This document shows positions 42,771 through 51,407 of a stretch of DNA of 64,000 nt, one piece after another (positions within the stretch are counted from its first letter, which is position 1; the number at the start of each line of letters is the position of its first letter). The stretch spans positions 676 to 64,675 of the forward strand of contig JBBRER010000003.1 of the NCBI GenBank assembly GCA_038202745.1, in the 5' to 3' direction. This DNA comes from Sphingomonadales bacterium. GTDB lineage: Bacteria; Pseudomonadota; Alphaproteobacteria; Sphingomonadales; Sphingomonadaceae. The notes under the pieces were generated by a model. The model was not told where the DNA came from. It was given only the letters and a program-made list of their open reading frames with translations, and searched no databases. Made by a program: the position numbers and the translations under genes.

Positions 42771-44537
42771 GTGAGCTTTCGCATCCGCACGATCGACACG
42801 CTCGCCGACGGCCGCGAGATCGTTCGCGACCGGACGATCGACAAGATGCTGCTGACGCTCGGCCGCAATGCCGAGAACGACATCCACCTGCCCGATCTCG
42901 CGGTCGATCCCGCGCACGCCACGCTGACGCGGCGCGCCGACGGGCGGATCGACGTCGCGGCGATCGAGAACCTGCGCTTCGAGGTCGATGGGCAGACTGT
43001 CACCGCCACGACGATCGACCCGGCAGTCGGGGTCGAGCTGCGCTTCGGCGGGTATCGCATCCGCGTCGGCGCGGAGGACGGCGCGCCGCTGCTGACGATC
43101 ATGCCGACCGAGACGTTCGGGCAGGCCCAGGGCGCCGATCCCAAGACCAGTTTTACGTTGAAGCGTGCGCTGCCGTCCAAGCGCGTCATGTCGTGGCTGT
43201 TTGCCGCGCTGGTGCTGGGGTTCTTCCTCGGCTGGCCGGTGGCGAGCAACTACCTCCATTCGCGCGATGCGAGGATGGCGGTCCGGGGCGACAAAAGCTG
43301 GACGCCCGGCCCTTTGAGCGCGGCGCATCACGCGCTCGAAGGCGACTGCAAGGCCTGTCACGTCAAGCCGTTCGTAGCGGTGCGCGACGCCAGCTGCCTG
43401 TCGTGCCACAAGGACGTCCACGATCACGCCCCGCCCGCCCAGATGGCGATGGCGCGCGGCATGGGCGGGCTGAGCGAGCGGCTGCTCGGCAGCGTCGCGC
43501 GACTGTTCCACAAACCCGCCGCGGGCGCCTGCGTCGATTGCCACACCGAGCACCAGGGCGCGGGCGCGATGCCGCCGACCCGGCAGAAGTTCTGCGCCGA
43601 TTGCCACGGCGATCTCAAGGGACGGGTAACCGGCGCGAAAATCGGCAACGCGGGCGATTTCGGCTCGCTCCATCCGCAGTTCACCGCGCGGGTAACGACT
43701 GATCCGTTCGCCAGGCAGACCGCGGTGGTCTCGCTCGACGCGCACCCGCAGGATCGCGACGGGCTGACGTTCCCGCACGATGTCCACCTCGCCGCGGCGG
43801 GGGGGGTCGCGCGGATGGCGATCAGCCTCGGCGCGGGGCGCGGCTACGGCGCAGCGCTGACGTGTGCGAACTGCCACCACGCGACCGAGGACGGCGTGCG
43901 CTTCAAGCCGGTGAACATGGAGCGCGATTGCCAGGCCTGCCACAGCCTCGGCTACGACCGCGTCGGCGGCACCGTGCGCACCCTGCGCCACGGCGATATC
44001 GACCAGATGATCGCCGATCTGCGCGCGTCGAACCACGCCGTCGCACCGCTCGCCGCGCCCCGGCGGCGGCCCGGGGCGTTCGGTGCCGAGGGTCCGTATT
44101 ACGCCACCTTCCGCGTCCCCGGCGCAGGGATCGATTCGGTCGCAGGCGCGCTATCTCCCGGCGGCGTCTGCGGCGAATGCCACACTGCGCGCTTCGACGG
44201 GGCCAAGCCCGGGGTCGTGCCGGTGACCCAGCCCGCGCGCTACATGGCGCACGGCTGGTTCGATCACCGCGCCCACGCGCAGGAACCATGCGCGAGCTGC
44301 CACACCGCCAAGTCCTCGCACGTCGCGACCGATCTGCTCCTGCCGGGGATCAAGACCTGCCGCGGCTGTCACCTCGGCGAAGACGCGCACGACGCAAAAG
44401 TCCCGTCGGGCTGCGCGATGTGCCACACCTATCATCCGACCCCGCTCGCCCCGCGCCCTGCTTCCGGCCGCCCGCGCGAGGTTGCGTTTGCCCGTTTTGG
44501 GTCCGGCCCCGCCCGCGCTTTCTGGGTGGGCCGCTAA
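42771..44537 (+). CDS. FHA domain - TM - decahaem c-type cytochrome fusion
   Basis: N-terminal FHA-like segment (LTLGRNAENDIHLPDLAVDPAHATLTRRADGRIDV...FEVDG), the TM MSWLFAALVLGFFLGWPV, then ten CXXCH sites: CKACH, CLSCH, CVDCH, CADCH, CANCH, CQACH, CGECH, CASCH, CRGCH, CAMCH. Confidence 0.8.
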   Translation: MSFRIRTIDTLADGREIVRDRTIDKMLLTLGRNAENDIHLPDLAVDPAHATLTRRADGRIDVAAIENLRFEVDGQTVTATTIDPAVGVELRFGGYRIRVGAEDGAPLLTIMPTETFGQAQGADPKTSFTLKRALPSKRVMSWLFAALVLGFFLGWPVASNYLHSRDARMAVRGDKSWTPGPLSAAHHALEGDCKACHVKPFVAVRDASCLSCHKDVHDHAPPAQMAMARGMGGLSERLLGSVARLFHKPAAGACVDCHTEHQGAGAMPPTRQKFCADCHGDLKGRVTGAKIGNAGDFGSLHPQFTARVTTDPFARQTAVVSLDAHPQDRDGLTFPHDVHLAAAGGVARMAISLGAGRGYGAALTCANCHHATEDGVRFKPVNMERDCQACHSLGYDRVGGTVRTLRHGDIDQMIADLRASNHAVAPLAAPRRRPGAFGAEGPYYATFRVPGAGIDSVAGALSPGGVCGECHTARFDGAKPGVVPVTQPARYMAHGWFDHRAHAQEPCASCHTAKSSHVATDLLLPGIKTCRGCHLGEDAHDAKVPSGCAMCHTYHPTPLAPRPASGRPREVAFARFGSGPARAFWVGR

Positions 44538-44538
44538 C

Positions 44539-45387
44539 ATGCTGATCGCGCAGATCACCGACATCCACATCGGCTTCGATCCGGGCAGTGCGGACGAGTT
44601 CAACATGCAGCGGCTGCGCAGCGTGATCGCGCGGTTGCTCGACGGCCCCAACCGTCCCGATCTGCTGCTGATGAGCGGCGATCTCACCGAATTCGGCGAT
44701 GCAGAGAGTTACGCGCGGCTCTCCGAAGCGGTGGCGGGGCTGCCGTTCCCGGTGCTGGCGATGACCGGCAACCACGATCTTCGCGAGCCGCTGCTCGCCG
44801 CGTTCCCAAAGACGCCGAACGAAGGCGGGTTCGTCCATTACGTCGTCGATTTCCCCGAGCTGCGGCTGGTGGTGCTCGACACGCTCGAAGAGGGGCGCCA
44901 CGGCGGCGCGTTCTGCGAGGCGCGCGCGGCGTGGCTGCGCGCGACGCTCGACGCCGCGCCGGCGCGCCCGACCGTGATCGCGATGCATCACCCGCCGTTT
45001 GAATCCGGGCTCGCCTGGCTCGACGGCAGCGCTGCCGAGCCGTGGATGCGTCGTTTTGCCGAGGCGACCTCGGGCCGCGCGCAGATCAAGGGAATCGTCG
45101 CCGGGCATCTCCACCGCACGATCCACACCGCGTGGAATGGCTTCTCAGTGACGGTGTGCAAATCGACCGCGCCGCTGGTCGCGCTCGACCTCACCCCGAT
45201 CGACGCCGACGTTCCCGATGGCCGCGCGCTGATCACCGACGAGCTCCCCGGCTACGCGCTCCACCGCTGGGACGGAACGCGGCTGATCACGCACTTCGAA
45301 AGCGTCGGAGAAATGCGCGTGCTCGCGCGCTTCGACGAAGGGCTGCTCGATACGGTGCAGATGATCGACCGCGAGCGGCCGAAGTAG
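44539..45387 (+). CDS. class III cyclic-nucleotide phosphodiesterase-like metallophosphoesterase (CpdA-like)
   Basis: ATG 1 nt after the upstream TAA. Calcineurin-fold motifs DIHIG, SGDLTE, TGNHD, AMHHPP and AGHLHR are in canonical order. Confidence 0.75.
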   Translation: MLIAQITDIHIGFDPGSADEFNMQRLRSVIARLLDGPNRPDLLLMSGDLTEFGDAESYARLSEAVAGLPFPVLAMTGNHDLREPLLAAFPKTPNEGGFVHYVVDFPELRLVVLDTLEEGRHGGAFCEARAAWLRATLDAAPARPTVIAMHHPPFESGLAWLDGSAAEPWMRRFAEATSGRAQIKGIVAGHLHRTIHTAWNGFSVTVCKSTAPLVALDLTPIDADVPDGRALITDELPGYALHRWDGTRLITHFESVGEMRVLARFDEGLLDTVQMIDRERPK

Positions 45388-45410
45388 GCTCGCGCCCAGG
45401 AACAAGTCCC

Positions 45411-45501
45411 GTCATCCTGAACTTGTTTCAGGATCCATCGCTCCCCCTGGTCCGAAGCCGCGTGGTGAGAGATGGACCCTGAAACGAGTTCAGGGTGACG
45501 A
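45411..45501. repeat. MITE/REP-like inverted repeat at the convergence point of the two operons
   Basis: CGTCATCCTGAACTTGTTTCAGGATCC (45411-45437) against the reverse complement of 45475-45501 (CGTCACCCTGAACTCGTTTCAGGGTCC) matches 24/27. Each arm contains its own CCTGAA/TTCAGG hairpin. Confidence 0.7.
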
Positions 45502-45521
45502 GGGAGGTTGCGCTGGCGTGG

Positions 45522-48500
45522 CTATTTCGCCCGCCACGCCCCCATGTCCACCTCGTCGCTGACCTTGAACGGGAAGCCCCGTTTGGTCATGAACAGCGCT
45601 TCCATCTCGGGGCGAGTGAACGGGCGCGAGCCCAGGCGGCCGAAGACTGCGATCTGGCCGCCGGTCTCGTCGACCGCGCGGTCGCGGTCGATGCCTTTGG
45701 ACAACGCCAGTGCGCGCGACGGGGTCTTGGCCCAGGCGATCAGCTCGGGCTTGGGCGCGGGGCTGTAGCCGTAGAAATTGGGCTGGCTGGCGGGCGAGGT
45801 CAGCTGGATCACCTTGAGCCCGTTGCGCCCGTCCGCCACGTAAGCGAACGCGCTGGCGTTGGTCGATCCGACGATCACGTCCTGCGCGTCGTTCATCTGC
45901 CCGCCGAACGTCTCGCGCAAATAGACCGTGGGCGCGCGCGGGCGCGTGACGTTGACGATCACCAGCCCGTCCGCGCCCGCCGCGACGTAAGCATACGTCC
46001 GTGCGAGATAGACCCGGCGCGCGTCGGCGAGCGGCACCGCGCCTTCGGGCACCGGTTGCGGATGCCTGAGATCGGTGACGTCGAACAGCTTGAGCCCGCC
46101 GCTATCGGTCACCCACAAGTAGCGGAACTGGACCGCGCTCGCGCGCGCGCCGGTAAGCGGCTGGACCGAAGCGAGCTTGGGATGGAGCGGATCGTGCAGG
46201 TCGACCGTCACCAGCCCGGCGTCGGCGGCGATGTAGGCGATCTCGCCCGCGAGCACGATGTGCCGCGCGCCATTGAGCACGCCGTTTTCGTTCCACGTCA
46301 CCGCGCGCTTGAGATGGTTGTTGGCGAAATCGCCGTCGGCGAGCGTTTCGATATTGACGAGGATCAGCCCCTCGGTCGCATCGGTTACCGCGGCGTAGCT
46401 GTAGATCGGCAGGAACGCCTGCTCCTGGTTGATCTGACGCATGATCTTGGTGTTGCGCAGCGGGTTGATCGGCTGCCCGGTCGGCAGCGCCATGCAGGTC
46501 GCATCGGTGGTGCCGACGTGGGTGTCCTGGCCCAGCGGCGAGAACGGCGCCGAGACGATCGGCTGCGATACGCCCTTGTTGGCGATTGAGGCGACATCGT
46601 AAACGCGGAAGCCGCCTTTCCCTTCGGCGACGTAAAGGTATTCGCCGCGCAATTGCAGGCATCGGGCCGCATCGCTGGTGCCGTGGGTGACGTTGCGGAA
46701 TTCCTCGGCCGGATCGGTTTCGCCCGATAGCCCCGACGACAGCGTCTTGCCGCGGACCCAGTTCTTGAGCTCGCGATGGTTCTGATCGACGTGGAGCTTG
46801 TAGTAATCGGGGTAGGCGTATTCCTGCAGGTACGACCCGATCACCGCTTGCGGTTCGCTCCATTCCGTCACGCGCACCGCCTCGATACCGCCCGCGAGGC
46901 CGGTCCACGCGTTGAGCCCGACGAAGTTGACGTAGTTCGAACCGAGCAACAGCGTCTGCGCCAGAATCGCGTTGTTGTCCTCGTCCCTGGACAAGTGGCA
47001 ATCGCTGCAGGTCTTCGTCTCCTCGGTCCGCACGGTGTGCGGGAAATGCGGCGCGAACGCCTGGCTCGAGAACCCGATCGCGCTAACCGGCGGCTGCTGG
47101 ATGTAAATCCGCTCGCGGTTGAGATTGGTCGAGGACAGCACCAGCGCGCTGGTCGATCGGACGGGGGCGACCTCCGCGCCCTTGGTGGTCATGTGCTTGC
47201 CCAGCTGGAACATGTCGTCGCGCGCGACTTGCGGGTTGTAGCTCGCGAAATTGCGCGTTTCCTCGCCCTCGTAACGATGCGAAGTGGTTCGCCAGTTGGC
47301 TTCGATCGGCAAGTGGCAGCCGCCGCAGCTCGTCGTCCAGCTGAGGTGGCAGGTGTAGCACGCGATCTTGGTGATATCGTGCGCGCGGTCGGACAGCTTG
47401 ATCCCCGGGCCGAACGCGAAACTGCCGTCCTGCGCGCCCGACTTGCTCATCAGTTTGGCCCGCGCCGCCTTGGCGTTGAAATAAGGCGAGGCCGGATCGA
47501 CGCTGTCCTTGACCAGGTGAATTTGCCATTCGAGCTTCGGATCGACGAGCGAGCGCTGCGTCAGCGTCCGCCGCCCGGCGTTGTCGAAGCCCCATTCGAA
47601 GCGTCGCTTGCCGTCGGGGTTGCGCAGCAGCGACAAGTCGTTGCCCTTGGGCGGCGCGGCCGGGCCCGAGGTCAGCAGCGTCGGGTAGGCGTCGGGAGTG
47701 CCGTGGCAATCCTTGCACCCGATCTCGATGGCGTTGGCGACCTCGCCGTAGATCAGCCCGTTGCCGTGGCTGTCCTGCGCAAAGTGGCAATCGGCGCACT
47801 GCAGGCCCTTTTCAGCGTGGATGTCCATCAGGTGGACCGCCTTGCCGGGGTTGACGCCGGGGGGCACGAACTTGCCCTCGCCCGCCTTGCGCCATTTCTC
47901 GGGGTCATCGGGGCTGACGATATGCGCGGTATCGGTCCCCCAGGTGGCCATGTTGCCGCCTTCGTCGAGCAGGTTGCCGGCGCGGTCGCGCTTGAACACC
48001 CCGCGGAAGTTCCAGCCGTGGCCGTGATAGTCGGCGAACTGGGTGTCCTTGAGCGTCGGGTTTAGATCGTAGACGTCGCGCAGGAAATCGAGATCGCCCC
48101 ACAGCCCGCGCGGGCTCGCGCCTTCGGGATTGCGATCCTCGATGTCGCGGACTTCGTGCGCGGTCGGATAGGCCTGCTGCTTGGGCCACATGCTCGGCGC
48201 GTCTGATTCGTAGTCCCACATCGTGTAGCCGAGGTAGCTGTTCAGGAAGATGTTGGGCTGGTGCATGTGGCAGTTCATGCACTGCGCGGTGGGGATCGCG
48301 CGGGTGAAGACGTGCTGGAGCGGGTGGCCCTTTTCCTTGACCGGCGGACCTTCGCGCCCGTCCACCAAAGCGCCGTGCTGCATCGCCCCGGCGATCGTCG
48401 GATCGGCGGTGATCGACTGCCCGTCGCGCCCGTATTGCGCGTAAGTCAGGCTGTCCCGCGGCTCGCGGTCGTTGGCGTAGATCACGTGGCACCCGGTGCA

Positions 48501-49511
48501 GCCCGAACTGCGATAATCGCCGGGCTGGTCGTTGGTCCCCATGAACCACATGTAGGGATCGTTGAGCCGGGTCTTGTGCATGTTGAGCAGCGGGATCGCA
48601 ACGCGCAGCCCGGTGCCGGGGCCGCGGTTCGACTGCTTGAGATCGGGCCGGCCCGGCTCCTCGAGCCGCTGGATCTGGCCCGAAAGATTGGGCAGGCCGA
48701 TTTCGGCAAACGTCGAATTGATCGTCCGCCCGCCGCGCTCGAACACGCGGAACACGTCGCCCGGCGGGGTCACCTGCCAGGTCGGCAGCGGATAGAGCTC
48801 GGCGAGCGCGCCGCGCGCTTCCTGCCGGGCGGTGAGCTTGCCCGGCGGATTGCCCGGCGAGACGACTTTAGCGGGCTTGCCGTCACGCGTGTAGGCCTCG
48901 CCGAAAATGTAGTTTTTGAACGGGACGATGCCGTTGTTGTACGCCGCCCCCCCCATGAACATCGCGCCCGAGGCCATCAGCGAGCGTTCGGCGGCTTCGA
49001 CGGTGGCAAGGTGGCAGGCGCCGCACGATTCGCGCGCGATGCGGTAGTCGCCCGGGTTGACGAAGCGCACGAACTCGGGCGCCTCGCGGTTGAGCAGGGT
49101 GTAGCCGCGCTCGGGGTTGGCGGCGCTGGGGTAGTGCCAGGCGGCCGGGTAGCGCGGCAGGACGTGGGCCTTTTCCATCGCGGCGACGTTGAACGGATCG
49201 GTGTAGCCGAGTTCGGGCCGGCCCCGCGCCGCAGGGGAGGCCGCATCGCCGCCGTGGCAATCGGTGCAACCTAAATGAACCGCCTCGCTCACGTGCATCG
49301 TGGCGGCGTCCGAGGCGGTGTGGCACGAGATGCATCCCGCCGATTTGGCCCCGGCTTGGGCGAACGTCTGGTTGCGCGGTGCATCGGGCGCGGTAACGTA
49401 AGCGCGCGCGACCGGCTTTTCCTCCTCGCTTGCGCGTCCCGCTGCGAGCGGCAGGATCGCCGCCGCTACCAGCACCATCAGCCAGCGCAGCAAAGGCCGC
49501 CGCCCGCGCAT
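45522..49511 (-). CDS. 1329-aa secreted decahaem c-type cytochrome fused to C-terminal LVIVD-type beta-propeller repeats
   Basis: ATG 49511 (TGATG junction with the upstream gene). Signal peptide MRGRRPLLRWLMVLVAAAILPLAAG. Ten CXXCH sites: CISCH, CTDCH, CGACH, CTGCH, CMNCH, CADCH, CKDCH, CYTCH, CGGCH, CSDCH. The C-terminal roughly 450 aa carry repeats GFRVYDV, GLILVNI, GLVTVDL, GLKLFDV, GLVIVNV and GLKVIQL. Confidence 0.8.
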   Translation of the reverse strand: MRGRRPLLRWLMVLVAAAILPLAAGRASEEEKPVARAYVTAPDAPRNQTFAQAGAKSAGCISCHTASDAATMHVSEAVHLGCTDCHGGDAASPAARGRPELGYTDPFNVAAMEKAHVLPRYPAAWHYPSAANPERGYTLLNREAPEFVRFVNPGDYRIARESCGACHLATVEAAERSLMASGAMFMGGAAYNNGIVPFKNYIFGEAYTRDGKPAKVVSPGNPPGKLTARQEARGALAELYPLPTWQVTPPGDVFRVFERGGRTINSTFAEIGLPNLSGQIQRLEEPGRPDLKQSNRGPGTGLRVAIPLLNMHKTRLNDPYMWFMGTNDQPGDYRSSGCTGCHVIYANDREPRDSLTYAQYGRDGQSITADPTIAGAMQHGALVDGREGPPVKEKGHPLQHVFTRAIPTAQCMNCHMHQPNIFLNSYLGYTMWDYESDAPSMWPKQQAYPTAHEVRDIEDRNPEGASPRGLWGDLDFLRDVYDLNPTLKDTQFADYHGHGWNFRGVFKRDRAGNLLDEGGNMATWGTDTAHIVSPDDPEKWRKAGEGKFVPPGVNPGKAVHLMDIHAEKGLQCADCHFAQDSHGNGLIYGEVANAIEIGCKDCHGTPDAYPTLLTSGPAAPPKGNDLSLLRNPDGKRRFEWGFDNAGRRTLTQRSLVDPKLEWQIHLVKDSVDPASPYFNAKAARAKLMSKSGAQDGSFAFGPGIKLSDRAHDITKIACYTCHLSWTTSCGGCHLPIEANWRTTSHRYEGEETRNFASYNPQVARDDMFQLGKHMTTKGAEVAPVRSTSALVLSSTNLNRERIYIQQPPVSAIGFSSQAFAPHFPHTVRTEETKTCSDCHLSRDEDNNAILAQTLLLGSNYVNFVGLNAWTGLAGGIEAVRVTEWSEPQAVIGSYLQEYAYPDYYKLHVDQNHRELKNWVRGKTLSSGLSGETDPAEEFRNVTHGTSDAARCLQLRGEYLYVAEGKGGFRVYDVASIANKGVSQPIVSAPFSPLGQDTHVGTTDATCMALPTGQPINPLRNTKIMRQINQEQAFLPIYSYAAVTDATEGLILVNIETLADGDFANNHLKRAVTWNENGVLNGARHIVLAGEIAYIAADAGLVTVDLHDPLHPKLASVQPLTGARASAVQFRYLWVTDSGGLKLFDVTDLRHPQPVPEGAVPLADARRVYLARTYAYVAAGADGLVIVNVTRPRAPTVYLRETFGGQMNDAQDVIVGSTNASAFAYVADGRNGLKVIQLTSPASQPNFYGYSPAPKPELIAWAKTPSRALALSKGIDRDRAVDETGGQIAVFGRLGSRPFTRPEMEALFMTKRGFPFKVSDEVDMGAWRAK

Positions 49512-51406
49512 CAGTAGGCGACCGTCAGGTTGGCGAGGATCGAGACGTACGCCCGGTCGCGCGGCTGGTTGGTGAACAAGTCCTTGAACCCCGCCCCCGG
49601 CAGCAGCGCCGCCGCCGACAGCCGCGCGACGATGTTCTGCGTCGCGCGCGGACGCCAGATCGCCGAAGTCGATAGGTCCCACCCGATCGATTTGGGGATC
49701 GAACCTTCATTGCGCAGCGTCTGGAGCACGATCGTATCGTCGAACCACAAGTGGTTGGCGTTGGCCGAGACGCGCAACTGCGGCGTGAGGTCGAAATCGC
49801 CGCCCGCGCCGATAAGCACCGTGCCCGGATTGTTGAAGTTCGACTGCCCTTGTTCCTTCGACGAACGCAGAGAATTGAGCACGCCGTTGCGCCCATTGAT
49901 CGAAATCACCCGGCCGCCGCCCGCGAATGGGATCGTCTGTCTGATCCAGTAACTCGTGTCCGCGCCCGCGAAGACCGGGTTTTCGAACACCGCGTCGAAC
50001 CCGCCTTCGGTGTTGTCGTACGGATCGGAATCGCCGGTCGCGTAAAGCCCCGACAGCCGAAAGCGCATCCAGTCCTTGTCGTACGACAGTTCCGCCGCGG
50101 CGAACCCCGCGCGCACTTTGGCCTTGCGCCCGGTGAAGAAGCTGTTCCGGTCGCTGCCGAACGCGCCGTAAACCGATCCGGTCAGGTTGAGCCGCCCGAT
50201 GTGTCCGTCGGTGTTGTAGCCGACGTAAAACACGTCGTAATCGCGCCCGCGCAGCGTGCCGAGCAGCGCCGGGCGCACCGGAAAACCGTTGTCGTCGATC
50301 TCGATCTCGTTGCCCTCGCGGTTGCGGTTGTAAACGAGCGTAACCTGCCCGGTCAGCCCCGGGCGAAGAAAATCCTGGCGATAGGCGTTGGCGATGAACA
50401 CCCAGTCGTCACGCGGGCGTACGGTCAAGTTGTTGAGCCCGCTATTGGTGTCCTTCTCGAGCCGCCAGAACGCAGCGAGATTGTATTGAAAGCGGTTATT
50501 GTCGCGATTGCCGAACAGCCGCACGCCGAGCTGTTCGTCGTTGAACAGGAACCCCCGGAAATCGGCTTGAAACGGCTGGATTCCGATGCGCAGCGAATCG
50601 AAATCGTAGCGGTCGGAGACGTTGCGCAAATGGCGGTCGACGAACAGTTCCTGCACGCCGAGGAAATCGTCGGTGCGGCTCGTGCCCTTGCTCGGTTGGA
50701 CGAACAGCACGCGCCGCTCGGGCACGCGGACATGGTTGACGTTGAACGCCAGCGTCACCTTGTATTCGATCTCGGGCGGCTTGAACGCGGTGCTGCCCTT
50801 GAGCAGCGAGGCGCTGGCGATCACCGTCTGCGACAGCACGTAGCTAGCGTCCTTGCCGAACACGTCGATGCTGTGCGGGCGCTGCGTGGTCTGCACCCCC
50901 ACGGGAATCGGGAACGTACGCGGCTCGATTACCGTATCGCTGACGAGGCCGAGGTTGAGGAACCAGTCATCGCCGTGAAGGAATCCCGGACGCTTGCCCT
51001 CGGGGAGCGGAATGTCGCCCTTGAGCACGTTCTGGTGATAGGGATCGCGGCGCGAATGGCAGACCTCGCGCATCGCCTTGAACACATCGAACAGCGACTG
51101 GTCTGCGCCTTTGGGACACAGCCCGGTGAGGATGCGCCAGCGATCGGGAACGGGGAACGCCTGATCGACGGGGAACGCTTCGGGGGGCGGAGCGCGCACC
51201 GCGCCTTCGTTTGTCTGGCGGGCCTTGTCGGGAAGATTGGGATTGTAGCCGGGCTTGCGCCGCCCCTCGATCACGCCGGAATCGACGTCGGGCGGCGTGG
51301 TCTCGTCCGCGTCGGGCGTCGCGGTGGCGACCGGCTCGGGCGGCGGCGCGGCGGGCGGCGGCTCGGCGCCGAGCATCAGCAGCATCAAGGCCAGCCCCGC
51401 GATCAC
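49511..51406 (-). CDS. large outer-membrane beta-barrel protein (porin-like), family unknown
   Basis: Alternating amphipathic strands run throughout and the C-terminus is aromatic (LANLTVAY). The N-terminus is (M)IAGLALMLLMLGA followed by a Pro-rich linker. The start is uncertain (GTG 51406, ATG 51385 or 51376). The stop forms a TGATG junction with the decahaem gene. Confidence 0.65.
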   Translation of the reverse strand: MIAGLALMLLMLGAEPPPAAPPPEPVATATPDADETTPPDVDSGVIEGRRKPGYNPNLPDKARQTNEGAVRAPPPEAFPVDQAFPVPDRWRILTGLCPKGADQSLFDVFKAMREVCHSRRDPYHQNVLKGDIPLPEGKRPGFLHGDDWFLNLGLVSDTVIEPRTFPIPVGVQTTQRPHSIDVFGKDASYVLSQTVIASASLLKGSTAFKPPEIEYKVTLAFNVNHVRVPERRVLFVQPSKGTSRTDDFLGVQELFVDRHLRNVSDRYDFDSLRIGIQPFQADFRGFLFNDEQLGVRLFGNRDNNRFQYNLAAFWRLEKDTNSGLNNLTVRPRDDWVFIANAYRQDFLRPGLTGQVTLVYNRNREGNEIEIDDNGFPVRPALLGTLRGRDYDVFYVGYNTDGHIGRLNLTGSVYGAFGSDRNSFFTGRKAKVRAGFAAAELSYDKDWMRFRLSGLYATGDSDPYDNTEGGFDAVFENPVFAGADTSYWIRQTIPFAGGGRVISINGRNGVLNSLRSSKEQGQSNFNNPGTVLIGAGGDFDLTPQLRVSANANHLWFDDTIVLQTLRNEGSIPKSIGWDLSTSAIWRPRATQNIVARLSAAALLPGAGFKDLFTNQPRDRAYVSILANLTVAY

Positions 51407-51407
51407 C

